NCBI GenBank assembly: GCA_965221125.1
Contig: CBDCRW010000002.1
Span: 1-64,000, forward strand
Length of the DNA: 64,000 nucleotides
Reading direction: 5' to 3'
Origin: Alphaproteobacteria bacterium
GTDB lineage: Bacteria > Pseudomonadota > Alphaproteobacteria > UBA828
Position 1 is the first letter of the stretch, and the number at the start of each line of letters is the position of its first letter. Below, piece after piece: positions 39,416-50,108 of this stretch. The notes beneath the pieces are model-generated. The model did not search any database, was not told where the DNA came from, and saw nothing but the letters and a program-made list of their open reading frames with translations. Both the position numbers and the translations under genes were made by a program.

Positions 39416-40435
39416 ATGCTCGATACAGACAGCCAGACCGCCGAGACCACCGAGACCTCGATGACCCACGCCTTCGCGAAGGCCGGATACACCATCCCCG
39501 GCATCGACCCCTACGACGTCGACGTCCGCGAGCCCCGGCACTACGCATCGCCCACCGCCGCCATCTGCGACCACGCAGCGCTGCACGGCGCCACCCCCGG
39601 CCCGGACGAGATCGACAACCGCTTCGTCTGGGACGAGGACGAGGCCATCGCCGGCATCGAGCAGACGGTGCACACGCTGATCCAGAGCGTCGCCCCGGAC
39701 GGCACGCAGCTCGCCGACGAGCGCGAACCGCTGCTGTGGGGCTTCGCGAACATGCTGCACGCACAGGCGCAGCGGATCGACCGCACCGTCGAGCGGATCG
39801 CCCAGCAGATGCGCGACCTCGAACGCGCCCAGGACGGCACCGAGGTGAAGGCCGTCGAGCTCGAGCGCCTCACCGATCGCGCCCACGATCTCGGCCGGCG
39901 CCGCGACGCGTTCGAGAAGATGCGCGACTTCGCCTCGGACGCCTACCGCGTCGAGACCGGCCAGGTCTGGCGCCCCCGCCACGGATCGCACACCTCGCAG
40001 ACGCGCCGGCTCACCTCGGCCGCCATCGACGCCCGCGACTTCCGGCGCGCGCGGAAGGACCGCGAGACCCAGGCGCATCTGCCCGACGGCACCCTCGTCG
40101 CCATCACCGGCGGGAAGAACGTCGCCGACGCGGACGCGGTCTGGACCACGCTGGACCGTGCGCGCGAGAAGTACGGCGACATGGTGCTGCTGCACGGCGG
40201 CGGCCCGGGCTACGAGAAGATCGCGGCGAGCTGGGCGGACGCGCGCGGCGTCGACCAGGTGGTCTGCCGCCCGGACTGGACCGCACACGGGAAGGCCGCG
40301 CCGTTCAGGAGGAACGACGAGCTTCTGAACCTGCTGCCGAAGGGCGTGATTGCGTTCCCCGGTTCGGGCATCACCGGGAACCTGGTCGACAAGGCCCGGC
40401 AGCTCGGCATCCCGGTCATGAGCGTCGCCGCCTGA
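39416..40435 (+). CDS. DUF2493 (YspA-like SLOG) domain protein
   Basis: C-terminal VAITGG, LLHGG, AAPFRRND and AFPGSGITGNL; RBS AAGGAG. Confidence 0.85.
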   Translation: MLDTDSQTAETTETSMTHAFAKAGYTIPGIDPYDVDVREPRHYASPTAAICDHAALHGATPGPDEIDNRFVWDEDEAIAGIEQTVHTLIQSVAPDGTQLADEREPLLWGFANMLHAQAQRIDRTVERIAQQMRDLERAQDGTEVKAVELERLTDRAHDLGRRRDAFEKMRDFASDAYRVETGQVWRPRHGSHTSQTRRLTSAAIDARDFRRARKDRETQAHLPDGTLVAITGGKNVADADAVWTTLDRAREKYGDMVLLHGGGPGYEKIAASWADARGVDQVVCRPDWTAHGKAAPFRRNDELLNLLPKGVIAFPGSGITGNLVDKARQLGIPVMSVAA

Positions 40436-41294
40436 TGGCGACGCTTCCGCGATCCGTCAGGGCCGGTCCTTCGCTTCGGCGAGGGATCGGCCTTTCTTTA
40501 TGCACCGTGCCAGGTGTCGCGCGTCGCGGCGCAGCGCTTCGCGCCGCTGCCGCTCGCGCTCCCGGCGGCGCCATCCCGCCATGCGTCAGCGCCTCAGCCT
40601 CGCGGCCAGCTCGGCGCTAACGCGCCGTCGCCGGCCGCTCGCCGGTCCTTCCTCTCCGCCGCCGCGCTTCACGCGCTGCCATCGGCAACTTCCCCCGTTC
40701 TCCCTCTTTCGGTCATCGCGTTCAACGCCGCCATCAACACATCGCTCCGAGCCCCGTTCGGCGAATTCTGGATCACCTTAGCCTGTCCGTAATCCTCGGC
40801 CGTGGTCGATGATGGCCCTTTGTCGTCCGCTGTTCCGGTCGGAAGGTATGGGCGCCCGCCCGGTCCTTCGGACCGGTCGCCGGGCTCTATTCCGCCGGGC
40901 GCGGCTTCGCCCCGCCCGGCTCCACGAAGCCCGCTTCGCGGTCTTCGCCGTCCCGGTGACGATCCCTGGCGCCTTCGCTCCCTTCGGTCGCTGCGCGCTG
41001 CGCTTGCGGGTGCGGGCATGAAATCCCGTGTCTCACCGCCGCCGTTGCTCGGTCGCTCCGCTCCCATCGCCGCCGGCTCCTCCCCACACCTTGCCCAGGC
41101 GCATTGCGTCGCGTCGCTCCGCCGCCGCTTACGCTCGCCTCGCCGCCCTTCGGCGGCTCGCGGTCCTCCACGGCCTCGCAACAGGCTCGGCGCTTTCGCG
41201 CCATCGCCGTTGCTCGCTCTCCCCACATCGACCGCGGCTCATCGCTCTTCGAGCGATATCGCCCCCTTGCGCTCGGCGCTTCGCGCCATGGCGC

Positions 41295-41600
41295 TCAGAA
41301 GGGATCCCCGCCTTCCCCCGAAGCCGCGGCATTCGCCACAGACTTCGCGGCCTTCCGTCCCGGCAGATCGCCCTTGTCGAGGAACGCCTTGAGGCTCCTT
41401 TCCCCGATCTCGATGCCTCGTGCTTTCAGCACTTCGTGCATCTGCGCCACCGTGACGCCCCTGGCCCGTTGCTCGACCATGCGGTCTCGCAGACGGTCCA
41501 GGACGTCCTTCAGCGACAGCTTCGGCGGCGCCAGCTTCGCCAGGTCCCCGTCTATGGCCTCGAAATCCACATCGGCTTCGTTGAAGCGCCTCGCCACCAT
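41295..41600 (-). CDS. Small oriT-adjacent DNA-binding protein (StbA/Mob accessory-like)
   Basis: RARGVTVAQMHEVLKARGIEIGERSLKAFL helical motif; divergent from the relaxase across oriT. Confidence 0.6.
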   Translation of the reverse strand: MVARRFNEADVDFEAIDGDLAKLAPPKLSLKDVLDRLRDRMVEQRARGVTVAQMHEVLKARGIEIGERSLKAFLDKGDLPGRKAAKSVANAAASGEGGDPF

Positions 41601-41701
41601 TGTATCCCCTTCCTTTTCCGACCACTACATCTGGTATGTCGCATGATCGCCCGACCGCCCCACCATGTCAACGGACGCCCCTTTCGGTCCCTGCGATGGG
41701 G

Positions 41702-41741
41702 CCCCACCCCGTGCGACCTCTCCCCACCCCGTGCGACCTCT
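41702..41741. repeat. Perfect 20-bp tandem direct repeat beside oriT
   Basis: CCCCACCCCGTGCGACCTCT x2. Confidence 0.85.
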
Positions 41742-41814
41742 CCCCGTCCCTGCCTTTGAACCCGCGCCTTGCGCGGAGTCTCCCCTGTTGAAACCACATA
41801 ACGTAGAAAAAGCC

Positions 41815-41840
41815 TTGTCACACCTATGCACTAAAGTGCG
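41815..41840 (-). other. MOBF-type oriT; predicted nic between 41820 and 41819 on the minus strand
   Basis: Minus strand reads CGCACT-TT-AGTGCATAGGTGT^GACAA: a short hairpin plus a sequence resembling F/R46-type nic sites, upstream of a MOBF relaxase. Confidence 0.7.
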
Positions 41841-42005
41841 AGTTGCCGATAAGTATGGCCAATGCTACAGTCGACGACGCATGGATGTCACGAGTCCATT
41901 GGGTAACGGTCTGAAGCACATGAGCACTCCCTCAATCGCTCTTGGCGCTGCGGCGCTGCCTGCAAGTACGGCCGCCCCGTATCCTCCCAGCAGGGCCACC
42001 GCACC

Positions 42006-45000
42006 GTGGTAGCCACCCTCGCCCAGGCCGCCTCCGCCGCATACTACCTGGAGAGCCAGCGCTCGTTCCGTCATCCCAACGAGTACTACACGGCGGGCGA
42101 GGAGCCGGACGGGGGATGGTTCAATCCTGCGGGCCTGCTCGGCCTCAAGAACGGCGGCAAGGTCGACAGCAGCGATTTCCAGCGTCTCTACAACGGCTTC
42201 GCGCCGGACGGCTCCACCAGGCTCACCAGGAACGCGGGCAGCGAGAGCCGCTCGCCGGGTGTGGACATGACCTTTTCGGCCGACAAGAGCGTGTCCACGC
42301 TTTGGGCCATCGCCGATCCCGAACTGCGTGGCGAAATCGAGCAGGCGCACAACGACGCCGCCCGGGTGGCGCTGGAAGAGACCGTGTTCCGCTACTGCGC
42401 CTATACCCGGATCCGGGACGAGGAGGGTCGCATCAGGGTCCTACCTGCCGACATCTCCGTGGCCATGTTCCAGCACGGCACCAGCCGGGAGAACGACCCG
42501 CAGCTTCACACCCACTGCGTGATCTTCAACGCGGCCCGCACGCACGAGGACGGCAAGTGGCGGGCCATGCACCAGTACCCGGTCTACAGCTGGGCCAAGG
42601 CTGCGGGCGCAGTCTACCGCAATGCCCTCGCCTGGAACCTGCGCGAGCGCCTCGGCATTCGCATGGAGCAGTACGGTCCCAATGCCGAGTACACCCGCAT
42701 CGAGGGCATGCCGGAGGACCTGCAGGCCTTCTGGTCGAAGCGGCGGAAGGCGATCGTCGCCAAGGCCGGAGAGCTGAGCATTCCGTCACTCGGCAATGCC
42801 TCGCGCATGGCCGGCGTCAACAAGCTGACGCGGGCGGGGAAATCCCATGACAACGACCCGGAGGTACGTCATCGACGCTGGCACGAAGAGGCCGGGGGGT
42901 TTGTCGAGCGCGAGGAACTGATCGCCTCCGTGACCGGGCACGAGGTGAAGATCGATCAAGAGGCGATCCGGGCGCTGACCGACCGGCTCGACGCTCTTCC
43001 CGCCCACCTGGCCCGGGAGGAGGCCGTGTTCCGCCGCCCGGACATGGTGGAAGCGGCGGCGAATGCGGCGGCGGGCCTGATCGGCCCCGAAGCCCTGAAG
43101 ACCGCCATCGAGCGGCTGCGCCGCAATTCCGAGATCGAGCGGCTGGAGCCGAAGAAGCCCACACCTGAGTCCAGGGCCGGCATGGTCCACACGGAGGTCT
43201 ATTCCACCCGCCACAACCTCGGGCTGGAACAGGCGGTCAGGGACATGGCCCAGACGATGGCCGTCGATACCGGCCACGGGCTCCCGGAACAGGCGGTCAA
43301 GGAGAAGGTGGAGACTCTGCTAGAGCAGGGATATCCGCTGAGTCAGGAGCAGTCGCTGGCGATCCGTCATGCGACGATAAAGGGCGGCCGCGTGGCGGTG
43401 ATCGAGGGCGCGGCGGGGTCGGGCAAGACCACCACGCTCAGGCCCATCACCGATCTTCACAAGGAGCACGGCTACGAGATTGTGCCCACCGCCGTCGCCT
43501 GGCGGACCGCCGTGGCCCTCGGCGACGACTGCGACGCCCGTGCTTACTGTGTCGACAAGCTGCTGAAGCTTGCGGCGAAGGAGCAAGTCCAGATCGGCGC
43601 CAGGACACTCATCGTGGTGGACGAGGCGGGCATGCTGTCGACGCGGCAGGCCCATCACATCCTGCAGCTCTCCGAGAGGCACGGCGCGAAGGTGGTGTTC
43701 GCCGGCGACACGCGGCAGCAGCAGCCGGTGGAGGCGGGGCCGGGATTGAGACTCATCCGCGACGTCGCCGGCAGCGTTCGCGTGGACCGCATCAGGCGCC
43801 AGAAGGCCGGCCTCGAGGACGTGCTGGTCCATGTGCACAAGGAGACGCCGGAGCGGGCACGCTTCCGGGCGGGGCTGACCAACGCCGAGGAGCGAGACGC
43901 GATCCTCGCCGAGTACGAAGCGATGGACCGAAAGCCGGTGTTCACGCCGTGGCAAGTGGCGGTCTCGGAGGCGCTCAGGGACGGAGAGGCGGAGAAGGCG
44001 ATCGAGGCGTGGCATGTGCGGGGCCGCCTCCATCTCTGCCACGACGAGGAGAAGACCCTCACCCGTCTCGTGGACGACTGGGAGCGCCATGTGCGCGCAG
44101 AGCCCGGCACATCCACCGTCGTGCTCGCGCGCACGAAGGCCGAGGGACGGGCGCTGTCGTGGCTCATGCGGCAGCGCGTGCTTGCGCAGACCCCCGACGC
44201 GAAGCGCGCCGTCATCGAGGTGAGCCGGGACCTGGACGGGCGTGTCACCGAGCCGCTGGAGATCGCGGTGGGCGACCGCATCCGCATCGGCGCCACGCAG
44301 TGGGAGAAACAGCTCTTCAACGGCACCGTAGTCACGGTTGAGAACCTGGAGGTCAGGCCCGCGGAAGCCGAAGCGGTGTCGCGAAAGGCCCGGAACCGGC
44401 AAGCCGGCGGGCGCACGCCGGAGCCGGACAGCGGAGCTTCCGAGCCCGAGTATTCCGTCCACATCGCGGCGCGGACCGACGACGGCAGGCGGGTCACGTT
44501 CCGGCACGACGAGATCCGCGACTGGCACGACAACATCCGTCTCGACTACGGCTACGCCATGACCATCGCCTCCGCCCAGGGACTGACCGTGGATCGGGCC
44601 TTCCTGCTGGCCGACGATCGGCCGGCGCGGGAGACGATTTATCCGGCCGCCACCCGGCATCGCGAGGCGCTCGACATCTACGTCAACCGTGCGCCGCTCG
44701 CCTTCGACATCGCCGAGCACCGGCCCGAGGACGAGGCGGAGCGGCCGGTGCTGGACAGCGACGTCCGGGCCTATCTGGCCGAGCGCTGGTCGCGCTCGCA
44801 GCCCAAGGAGGCGGCTCTCGACTACGTCTCCGACGGCATGTGGCGGGATGCGCGGGAGGACGCGCAGCATCACGGGCGCGGCGCCGGAGAGGCGCAGCAA
44901 GGGGCGGCCGAGGCCCACGCTGCCGCCAACGACAACGCGATCGTGCGCATCGCCCAGGAAATCCGTCACGCGGTCAACGGTTGGCGCCACGGCGCAGACG

Positions 45001-46106
45001 TCGACGCGTTCGCGGCGGAGCGCGCGGAGGTCCTGGCGGCGTGGGACGAGCTGCGCGAGCGGGCCCGCGACCAGGGCGACGCGGTGGCGCTGAGCCCCGC
45101 CTTCCGCGACACCCTGGACAGGCACGGTGCGCTGATGAAGCAGGCAAGAATGTTCCGTGCCAGGCCGCAAGTGTATGAGCGCCTGCTGGCCGAGCGCGCC
45201 GGCATCGGGGAAACCGAGCTGCAAGAGCTGCGCGACGTCCATGCCCGCGCCGGCAGCTACCTGCGCTCGGTCAGCGTCAGGACGGCTTCCGCGGCGCGTC
45301 ACGCCGCGCAGCCCGAGGAATCAAGAACCAAGACCGTTCTGGCGGATGCGCCGGTTCATACCCCCGAGCCGCCCGTCGAGGAACACGCACAGGTCCAGCC
45401 GAGCGAGCCGGCCGCTCCCAACAGCAAACACGACGACGAAACCACCTGGGAAGTCCTGTACGACCGGTTGGAGCGCGACTGGAACCATCTTGTCGCCGGC
45501 GCCAACCGGGCCGGACTGCCGCTTCCCCTCGTTCGTGGATACGACGAACTGATCGGGCGCGTGCGGGACCTCGCCAAGCATCCGCGACTCCCCTCAACGG
45601 AGCACCGGGAACTGACAGGGCTGCTGGACTACCACCGCACGGAGACGGCCGCGCGCATCGCCGTCCATGACTACCTCGCGGCGGCGGAGCGTCACGTGAA
45701 AGCCTGCGAGCCCCTCCAGCGGGAAGCCGAAAGCCAGGGCGTGCATATTTCCGAGGTCGCCGGTTGGACGGATTGGCAGAAAAAGGCTCAACGTCTTGAA
45801 AAGGCAGGCAGTGCCATTCTCACGGACGAGGAAACCTACGGTGCCTGGCTCGATGCCGTTGCCGCCGGAAAGCCCCGCGCCCGCTTGACCGTCGACCAGT
45901 TGCGCAGCCGCATCGAGGACGGGCGTGTCAAGGCAGCCGAGGCGGAGAAACGGGGGCCCCGTCGCGACCCCGCGCCCAAGCGGCAGGAAGGTATCGCCTA
46001 CATCCTCGACGACCCAGAGAGGCTCCGCGAACTGCGGGAGCAACTCAAGAAGCGCGGGCGCAAGGTCGGTCGGCAGCACAGGAGGGGCCGCGGTCTAGGC
46101 ATGTAA
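42006..46106 (+). CDS. MOBF (TrwC/TraI-type) relaxase-helicase
   Basis: YY...EYY, DMTFSADKSVS and HGTSRENDPQLHTH; helicase motifs GAAGSGKTT, VDEAGM and YAMTIASAQG.TVD. Confidence 0.95.
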   Translation: MVATLAQAASAAYYLESQRSFRHPNEYYTAGEEPDGGWFNPAGLLGLKNGGKVDSSDFQRLYNGFAPDGSTRLTRNAGSESRSPGVDMTFSADKSVSTLWAIADPELRGEIEQAHNDAARVALEETVFRYCAYTRIRDEEGRIRVLPADISVAMFQHGTSRENDPQLHTHCVIFNAARTHEDGKWRAMHQYPVYSWAKAAGAVYRNALAWNLRERLGIRMEQYGPNAEYTRIEGMPEDLQAFWSKRRKAIVAKAGELSIPSLGNASRMAGVNKLTRAGKSHDNDPEVRHRRWHEEAGGFVEREELIASVTGHEVKIDQEAIRALTDRLDALPAHLAREEAVFRRPDMVEAAANAAAGLIGPEALKTAIERLRRNSEIERLEPKKPTPESRAGMVHTEVYSTRHNLGLEQAVRDMAQTMAVDTGHGLPEQAVKEKVETLLEQGYPLSQEQSLAIRHATIKGGRVAVIEGAAGSGKTTTLRPITDLHKEHGYEIVPTAVAWRTAVALGDDCDARAYCVDKLLKLAAKEQVQIGARTLIVVDEAGMLSTRQAHHILQLSERHGAKVVFAGDTRQQQPVEAGPGLRLIRDVAGSVRVDRIRRQKAGLEDVLVHVHKETPERARFRAGLTNAEERDAILAEYEAMDRKPVFTPWQVAVSEALRDGEAEKAIEAWHVRGRLHLCHDEEKTLTRLVDDWERHVRAEPGTSTVVLARTKAEGRALSWLMRQRVLAQTPDAKRAVIEVSRDLDGRVTEPLEIAVGDRIRIGATQWEKQLFNGTVVTVENLEVRPAEAEAVSRKARNRQAGGRTPEPDSGASEPEYSVHIAARTDDGRRVTFRHDEIRDWHDNIRLDYGYAMTIASAQGLTVDRAFLLADDRPARETIYPAATRHREALDIYVNRAPLAFDIAEHRPEDEAERPVLDSDVRAYLAERWSRSQPKEAALDYVSDGMWRDAREDAQHHGRGAGEAQQGAAEAHAAANDNAIVRIAQEIRHAVNGWRHGADVDAFAAERAEVLAAWDELRERARDQGDAVALSPAFRDTLDRHGALMKQARMFRARPQVYERLLAERAGIGETELQELRDVHARAGSYLRSVSVRTASAARHAAQPEESRTKTVLADAPVHTPEPPVEEHAQVQPSEPAAPNSKHDDETTWEVLYDRLERDWNHLVAGANRAGLPLPLVRGYDELIGRVRDLAKHPRLPSTEHRELTGLLDYHRTETAARIAVHDYLAAAERHVKACEPLQREAESQGVHISEVAGWTDWQKKAQRLEKAGSAILTDEETYGAWLDAVAAGKPRARLTVDQLRSRIEDGRVKAAEAEKRGPRRDPAPKRQEGIAYILDDPERLRELREQLKKRGRKVGRQHRRGRGLGM

Positions 46107-46298
46107 CCCCAACTCTGCCAACCGAGTCCTGGCAAGATCCACATGCTCTCGCCCGCTCCGTTCGAGAAAACCTGCCCAAATTTCCGACTGCCGCGTACCA
46201 TTGGAGTAGAATCGAGAAGGCTCTTCGCGGCAGCTGCGTCACAAGACTCTCATATAGTCGTCGCGAAGCCCACTCGCAGCAGCCTGATAGCAGCGGAC

Positions 46299-46492
46299 TT
46301 AGTCCTTAGCGATTTTGTCAGAAAGCCGGTCCTGGACGGCCTTTCGAATGCGAATGTGCCCCAAATCATCGAGCACTGTTTGCAACTGTTCGCCATCTTT
46401 TGGATCGAGCAGACGCTGCGCAGCGTTATCTGAACTGAGCAACGCCAGTAGATTGACAGCTGCGTGATGGTCACGATCTGCAAGGTGATAGG
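46299..46492 (-). pseudogene. Detached 3' end of the STAND NTPase gene
   Basis: Removing 46493-51113 and one ATAGG copy rejoins LLGAY to HLADRDHH...KIAKD* in frame. Confidence 0.85.
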
Positions 46493-46897
46493 TGTTGTTT
46501 CGCACGTTATTTGACGCCGAATCTCCCAGATTATTTGACGTGATCGCTGCCCTGATTTCCCAGATTGCTCGGTCTTTTCCGGATCGAAGCGTAGGAGCTC
46601 ATGGTCTCTGCGGGCGGTCCGGGGTCGCTGTCTGATTGAGGTTTGGACTGGTGCTTGAGGAGAGCTGACGAGGTGTCGCGCGGCCGTCGGCGCGTCAAGC
46701 GGCTGCGCCGCTCCTGCGCTTCGCTTCGGCCCTTCGGGTGACTCGCCACCGTCCACACGACGAAGTGCTGCCATGGCCTGAAGCAAGCTTCCGGCCACGG
46801 ACTGGCCGCTCACCTGACGTAGTATCCCGGTGGAGGCGCAGCGCCTTCCGGACCGTTGGGGAAGGGTGGTTCCCGACGGCGGTTCCGGCTCGAACCC

Positions 46898-47938
46898 CTA
46901 GGCGTTGGCGGAACCGGGCTCCGGGAACCGCGGGGCCTGCGGCCGACTGCTGCCGTTGGCGGCGGCGGCCGCCGCCCGCTTGTCCGCTGCGCCTGCGACG
47001 ACGCTGTAGCCGCCCTCGGCGTTGCGCGCGACGCGACCCTCCTGGACGAGCTTTTGCAAGATTACGCCGACGGTCTTGTGCCGGGTCGCGGCGCGTTCCC
47101 GGATCTGGCGTTGCGAGAGCGGCGCCCCGGCGTCGGCGAGCGCCTTGAGAACGCGGCATTCGGGTGTTTCGGGCTGAGGCGCCCCGCCGCCGGCCGTGGG
47201 CGGCTGGCGCAGCCGGAAGGAGGGCTCCTCTCCGTCTTCCTTGAGCTCGATCTCGATGTCGTCGAGACCGCGTGCGGCGCGATGCTCGACGGTCATGAGG
47301 GTCTGCCGGTCCCGGCGGCGCAGGTAGAGGTTCGAGTCCCCCCAGGCGTGCAGCTCACTGCTGCCCCGCAGGGCCTGCCCCGGCCTCGTGGCCCCGCTCT
47401 TGCGGGCGTGGTGGACGAGGAGGACGGCGGTCTCGAAGCGGCGTTGCAGGTCGCGCAGGAAGCCGAGGATCGGGGCGACGTCCGCAACCGTGTTCTCGTC
47501 CACGCCGTGCAGGCGGACCAGGGGGTCGAGGACCACGAGGCGCGGTGCGATGCGCTCCACGGTCTGCTGCAGGCGGCGGCGGTCGTCGAGATGGTCGAGG
47601 CGCAGTGTGGGCACGTCGATGACGGCGATGTCGAGGGTCTCGAAGCGGGCGCCTGCGGCGCGGGCGATCCCCTGCAGGCGCTTGCGCACGAGGTGGCCGG
47701 CGTCTTCTGCGGCGAACAGCAGGACCGGGCCAGGCCGGGCCGGGGCGAAGTGCCGCAGGCATGGGACGCCGGCGGCGACTGCGACCGCGAGGTCCAGCGC
47801 CAGGATGGACTTGCCGCACTTCGGCTCGCCGCCGACGATGCCGACGGCCTGCTCGCCCCATAGCGTGTCCACCAGCCATTGCTGCTCGCGCGGCCGCTCC
47901 TCCAGCTCGATCGGGGCGCGGGTCGGGAAGCCGGTCAT
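46898..47938 (-). CDS. AAA_25 / RepA-helicase-like ATPase with C-terminal HTH
   Basis: GEPKCGKS, AAED, VVLDPL, LVHH.RK and LRGSS; ATGA-coupled to the upstream ATPase. Confidence 0.85.
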   Translation of the reverse strand: MTGFPTRAPIELEERPREQQWLVDTLWGEQAVGIVGGEPKCGKSILALDLAVAVAAGVPCLRHFAPARPGPVLLFAAEDAGHLVRKRLQGIARAAGARFETLDIAVIDVPTLRLDHLDDRRRLQQTVERIAPRLVVLDPLVRLHGVDENTVADVAPILGFLRDLQRRFETAVLLVHHARKSGATRPGQALRGSSELHAWGDSNLYLRRRDRQTLMTVEHRAARGLDDIEIELKEDGEEPSFRLRQPPTAGGGAPQPETPECRVLKALADAGAPLSQRQIRERAATRHKTVGVILQKLVQEGRVARNAEGGYSVVAGAADKRAAAAAANGSSRPQAPRFPEPGSANA

Positions 47939-48735
47939 GGCCGCAGTTCCTCGAGCGCGTGCTGCAGGTGGTCGGCACTGACGGTCCTCGCCTCGTCGAG
48001 AGCGGCGGCGGAGAGCGCGTAGTGGGCGATGCGGTTGATCTGGCGCGGCAGGCCGCGCGCGCCCTGGAACAGGGCCTCGACGGCGGGCTCTTCGAACAGC
48101 GGCAGTTCGCATCCCGCGAGCCTGAGGCGGTGCTTGATGTAAGCGTCGACCTCGTCGCGGTCGAGACCGCTCAGGTGGTGGCGGACGACGAGGCGCTGGC
48201 TGAGGGATTCGTGCATGGCCATGGCCAGGCGGCGCCTGAGCTCGGTCAGACCGACGAGGACGAGGCACAGGCGCTGCTCTGCATCCATGGCGAAGTTGGT
48301 GAGCAGGCGCAGGTCCTCAAGGACGTCGTTGCGCAGATGATGGGCCTCGTCGATGACGAGGACCGGCAGCTGCTTGGCCTCGGTGACGAGGCGGGAGATC
48401 TCGTTTCGGATGGCCTGATAGGCCGAGGCGCGGGAGCGCTCGATGGGCAGGCCGATCTCCCACGCGATCGCCTTGTACATGTCGAGCACGTTGCCCGTGG
48501 TCAGCGAGACGTAGTGGACCCGGTAGAGGCCTGGATGAAGCTGCGCGGTCAGATGCCGGCACACGGTGGTCTTGCCGGAGCCCACCTCGCCGGTGAGCAG
48601 GCCGATGCCGCGCAGGTCGATGAGGTGGCCGAGCCTGGCCTCGGCCTCGCGGCGCGCGTTGGACTCGAACAGCTCGTCGGTCTCTGCCGGGGTCTCGAAG
48701 GGCAGGCGGGTGAAGGCGAAGTGGCGCAGGTACAT
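47935..48735 (-). CDS. ExeA/MuB-like AAA+ transposition ATPase
   Basis: GEVGSGKTT, VIDEAH and GLPRQIN. Confidence 0.9.
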   Translation of the reverse strand: MYLRHFAFTRLPFETPAETDELFESNARREAEARLGHLIDLRGIGLLTGEVGSGKTTVCRHLTAQLHPGLYRVHYVSLTTGNVLDMYKAIAWEIGLPIERSRASAYQAIRNEISRLVTEAKQLPVLVIDEAHHLRNDVLEDLRLLTNFAMDAEQRLCLVLVGLTELRRRLAMAMHESLSQRLVVRHHLSGLDRDEVDAYIKHRLRLAGCELPLFEEPAVEALFQGARGLPRQINRIAHYALSAAALDEARTVSADHLQHALEELRP

Positions 48736-50063
48736 CACTCGTCCTCCTTCTTGTCCTTGAGGTTGCGCATGGCCAGCGGCGAGGGCGGAGGCTCGGGCGC
48801 CGGATCTTCGGCCTCGATCTCCCTGGCCGGGTAGGTGCGCCTGACGGCGGTATTGGCGTAGGCGTCGAGAGGGCTGGCCTTGCCGGCCGGCTTGCCGTCA
48901 TGGACCACGTCGAGAGGGCGCGAGGGCGGCGCGGCCGGGTCGTAGCGCAGGATGACGTTCTGACCCACCAGGAGGGCGTCGACCTCGTAGACGCGGCCGT
49001 TCAGACTAACGGTGCGGTCCTTGTAGACACGGCGCCTGGCCTCGAAGAGGAACAGATCGTCGAGGTCCATGGTGGCGTCGGGATAGCGCACGCCGGCCGA
49101 GGCCAGCGCCCACTGCTCAAGCGGGGTGCGCCCCTCGTCGAGGCCACGATGCGGGCTGTTGTGATACTCCCCCTCGATCCAGGCCCAGAGGCTGCGGTTG
49201 AGCGCCTCCAGGCTGTCGACGTCATCGCCGAGGTGGCGGAGCCAGCCGGCCCGGAGGGTGCGGAAGAAGCGCTCGATCTTACCCTTTCCCGCTGGCTGGA
49301 ACGCCCTTGCGTGAATCAACGCAACGCCGAGCCTGGCGCAGACCAGGGAGAGATGACGGGAGCGGTAGGCGCTTCCGTTGTCGACGTACAAGCGGGCCGG
49401 GAGGCCGCGCCGGATCAGCGCGTCCTTGAACACCGGCAGGAACGCCGCAGTGTTCTCCGCCATGGCGAAGGCGGCGAACGGGATGACGCGGGTGGCGTCG
49501 TCGATGAAGGCGATCAGGTAGGTCTTGCGCCGGGTTCGGCCGTGCCGGACCTTGGGTCCGTGCATGACGTCGCTCATCCACATCTCGCCGGCATGCCGGA
49601 AGGCGAAGCGGCGGCGATCCGCCCCGTCGGGCGGCTTCTTGTCGAACAGGCCCTCGCGGCTGAAGAGGCGGTGCACGGTGGACGAGGCGAGCGGGTGGTC
49701 GATACCCTCCTCCTTGACCTTCTGGATGATGGCGCGAACCGACAATGCGTCGTTCTCGGTCTTCAGCGCGATGAGGCGCTCGGCGACCTCGGGCGGCAGC
49801 CGCCGGGGCTTCCCCCGGTCGGTGCGGGGCTTGGGGTAGAGCGCGTCGAAGCCGCCGTAGCGGTAGTCCTTGATCCAGCGCCGCATGGTCTCGGCGGCGA
49901 CCCGGGTCCTGGTGGTTCCGGGGATCGTGTAGGTCTTCTCGGCTTTGGCGCGCATCATCGCGCCGGCACCCGGTGCACCCACGGGCAGATGCACCAGATC
50001 GGCGATGACGTCGTATCGGAAGAGCGCGATCTGTTGGCGAAGGTCGTCGTCTGAGCTGTTCAT
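48735..50063 (-). CDS. DDE transposase (rve core, Mu-like C-terminus)
   Basis: WMSD, FIDDATR, YVDNGSAY and GKGKIERFF. Confidence 0.92.
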   Translation of the reverse strand: MNSSDDDLRQQIALFRYDVIADLVHLPVGAPGAGAMMRAKAEKTYTIPGTTRTRVAAETMRRWIKDYRYGGFDALYPKPRTDRGKPRRLPPEVAERLIALKTENDALSVRAIIQKVKEEGIDHPLASSTVHRLFSREGLFDKKPPDGADRRRFAFRHAGEMWMSDVMHGPKVRHGRTRRKTYLIAFIDDATRVIPFAAFAMAENTAAFLPVFKDALIRRGLPARLYVDNGSAYRSRHLSLVCARLGVALIHARAFQPAGKGKIERFFRTLRAGWLRHLGDDVDSLEALNRSLWAWIEGEYHNSPHRGLDEGRTPLEQWALASAGVRYPDATMDLDDLFLFEARRRVYKDRTVSLNGRVYEVDALLVGQNVILRYDPAAPPSRPLDVVHDGKPAGKASPLDAYANTAVRRTYPAREIEAEDPAPEPPPSPLAMRNLKDKKEDE

Positions 50064-50108
50064 GGTGCGATCCTCGTTCAGGGACTCCCTGGCCCCGGGA
50101 TCGTCACG

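Noticed and set aside
38739-39464. 241-aa ORF, and similar ORFs in 40500-41390
   Set aside because: Arg/Pro/Ala-rich low-information translations over palindromic non-coding DNA.
41702-41745. 20-bp direct repeat as CRISPR or iteron array
   Set aside because: Only two adjacent copies, no spacers, and no cas or rep gene; better read as an oriT accessory site.
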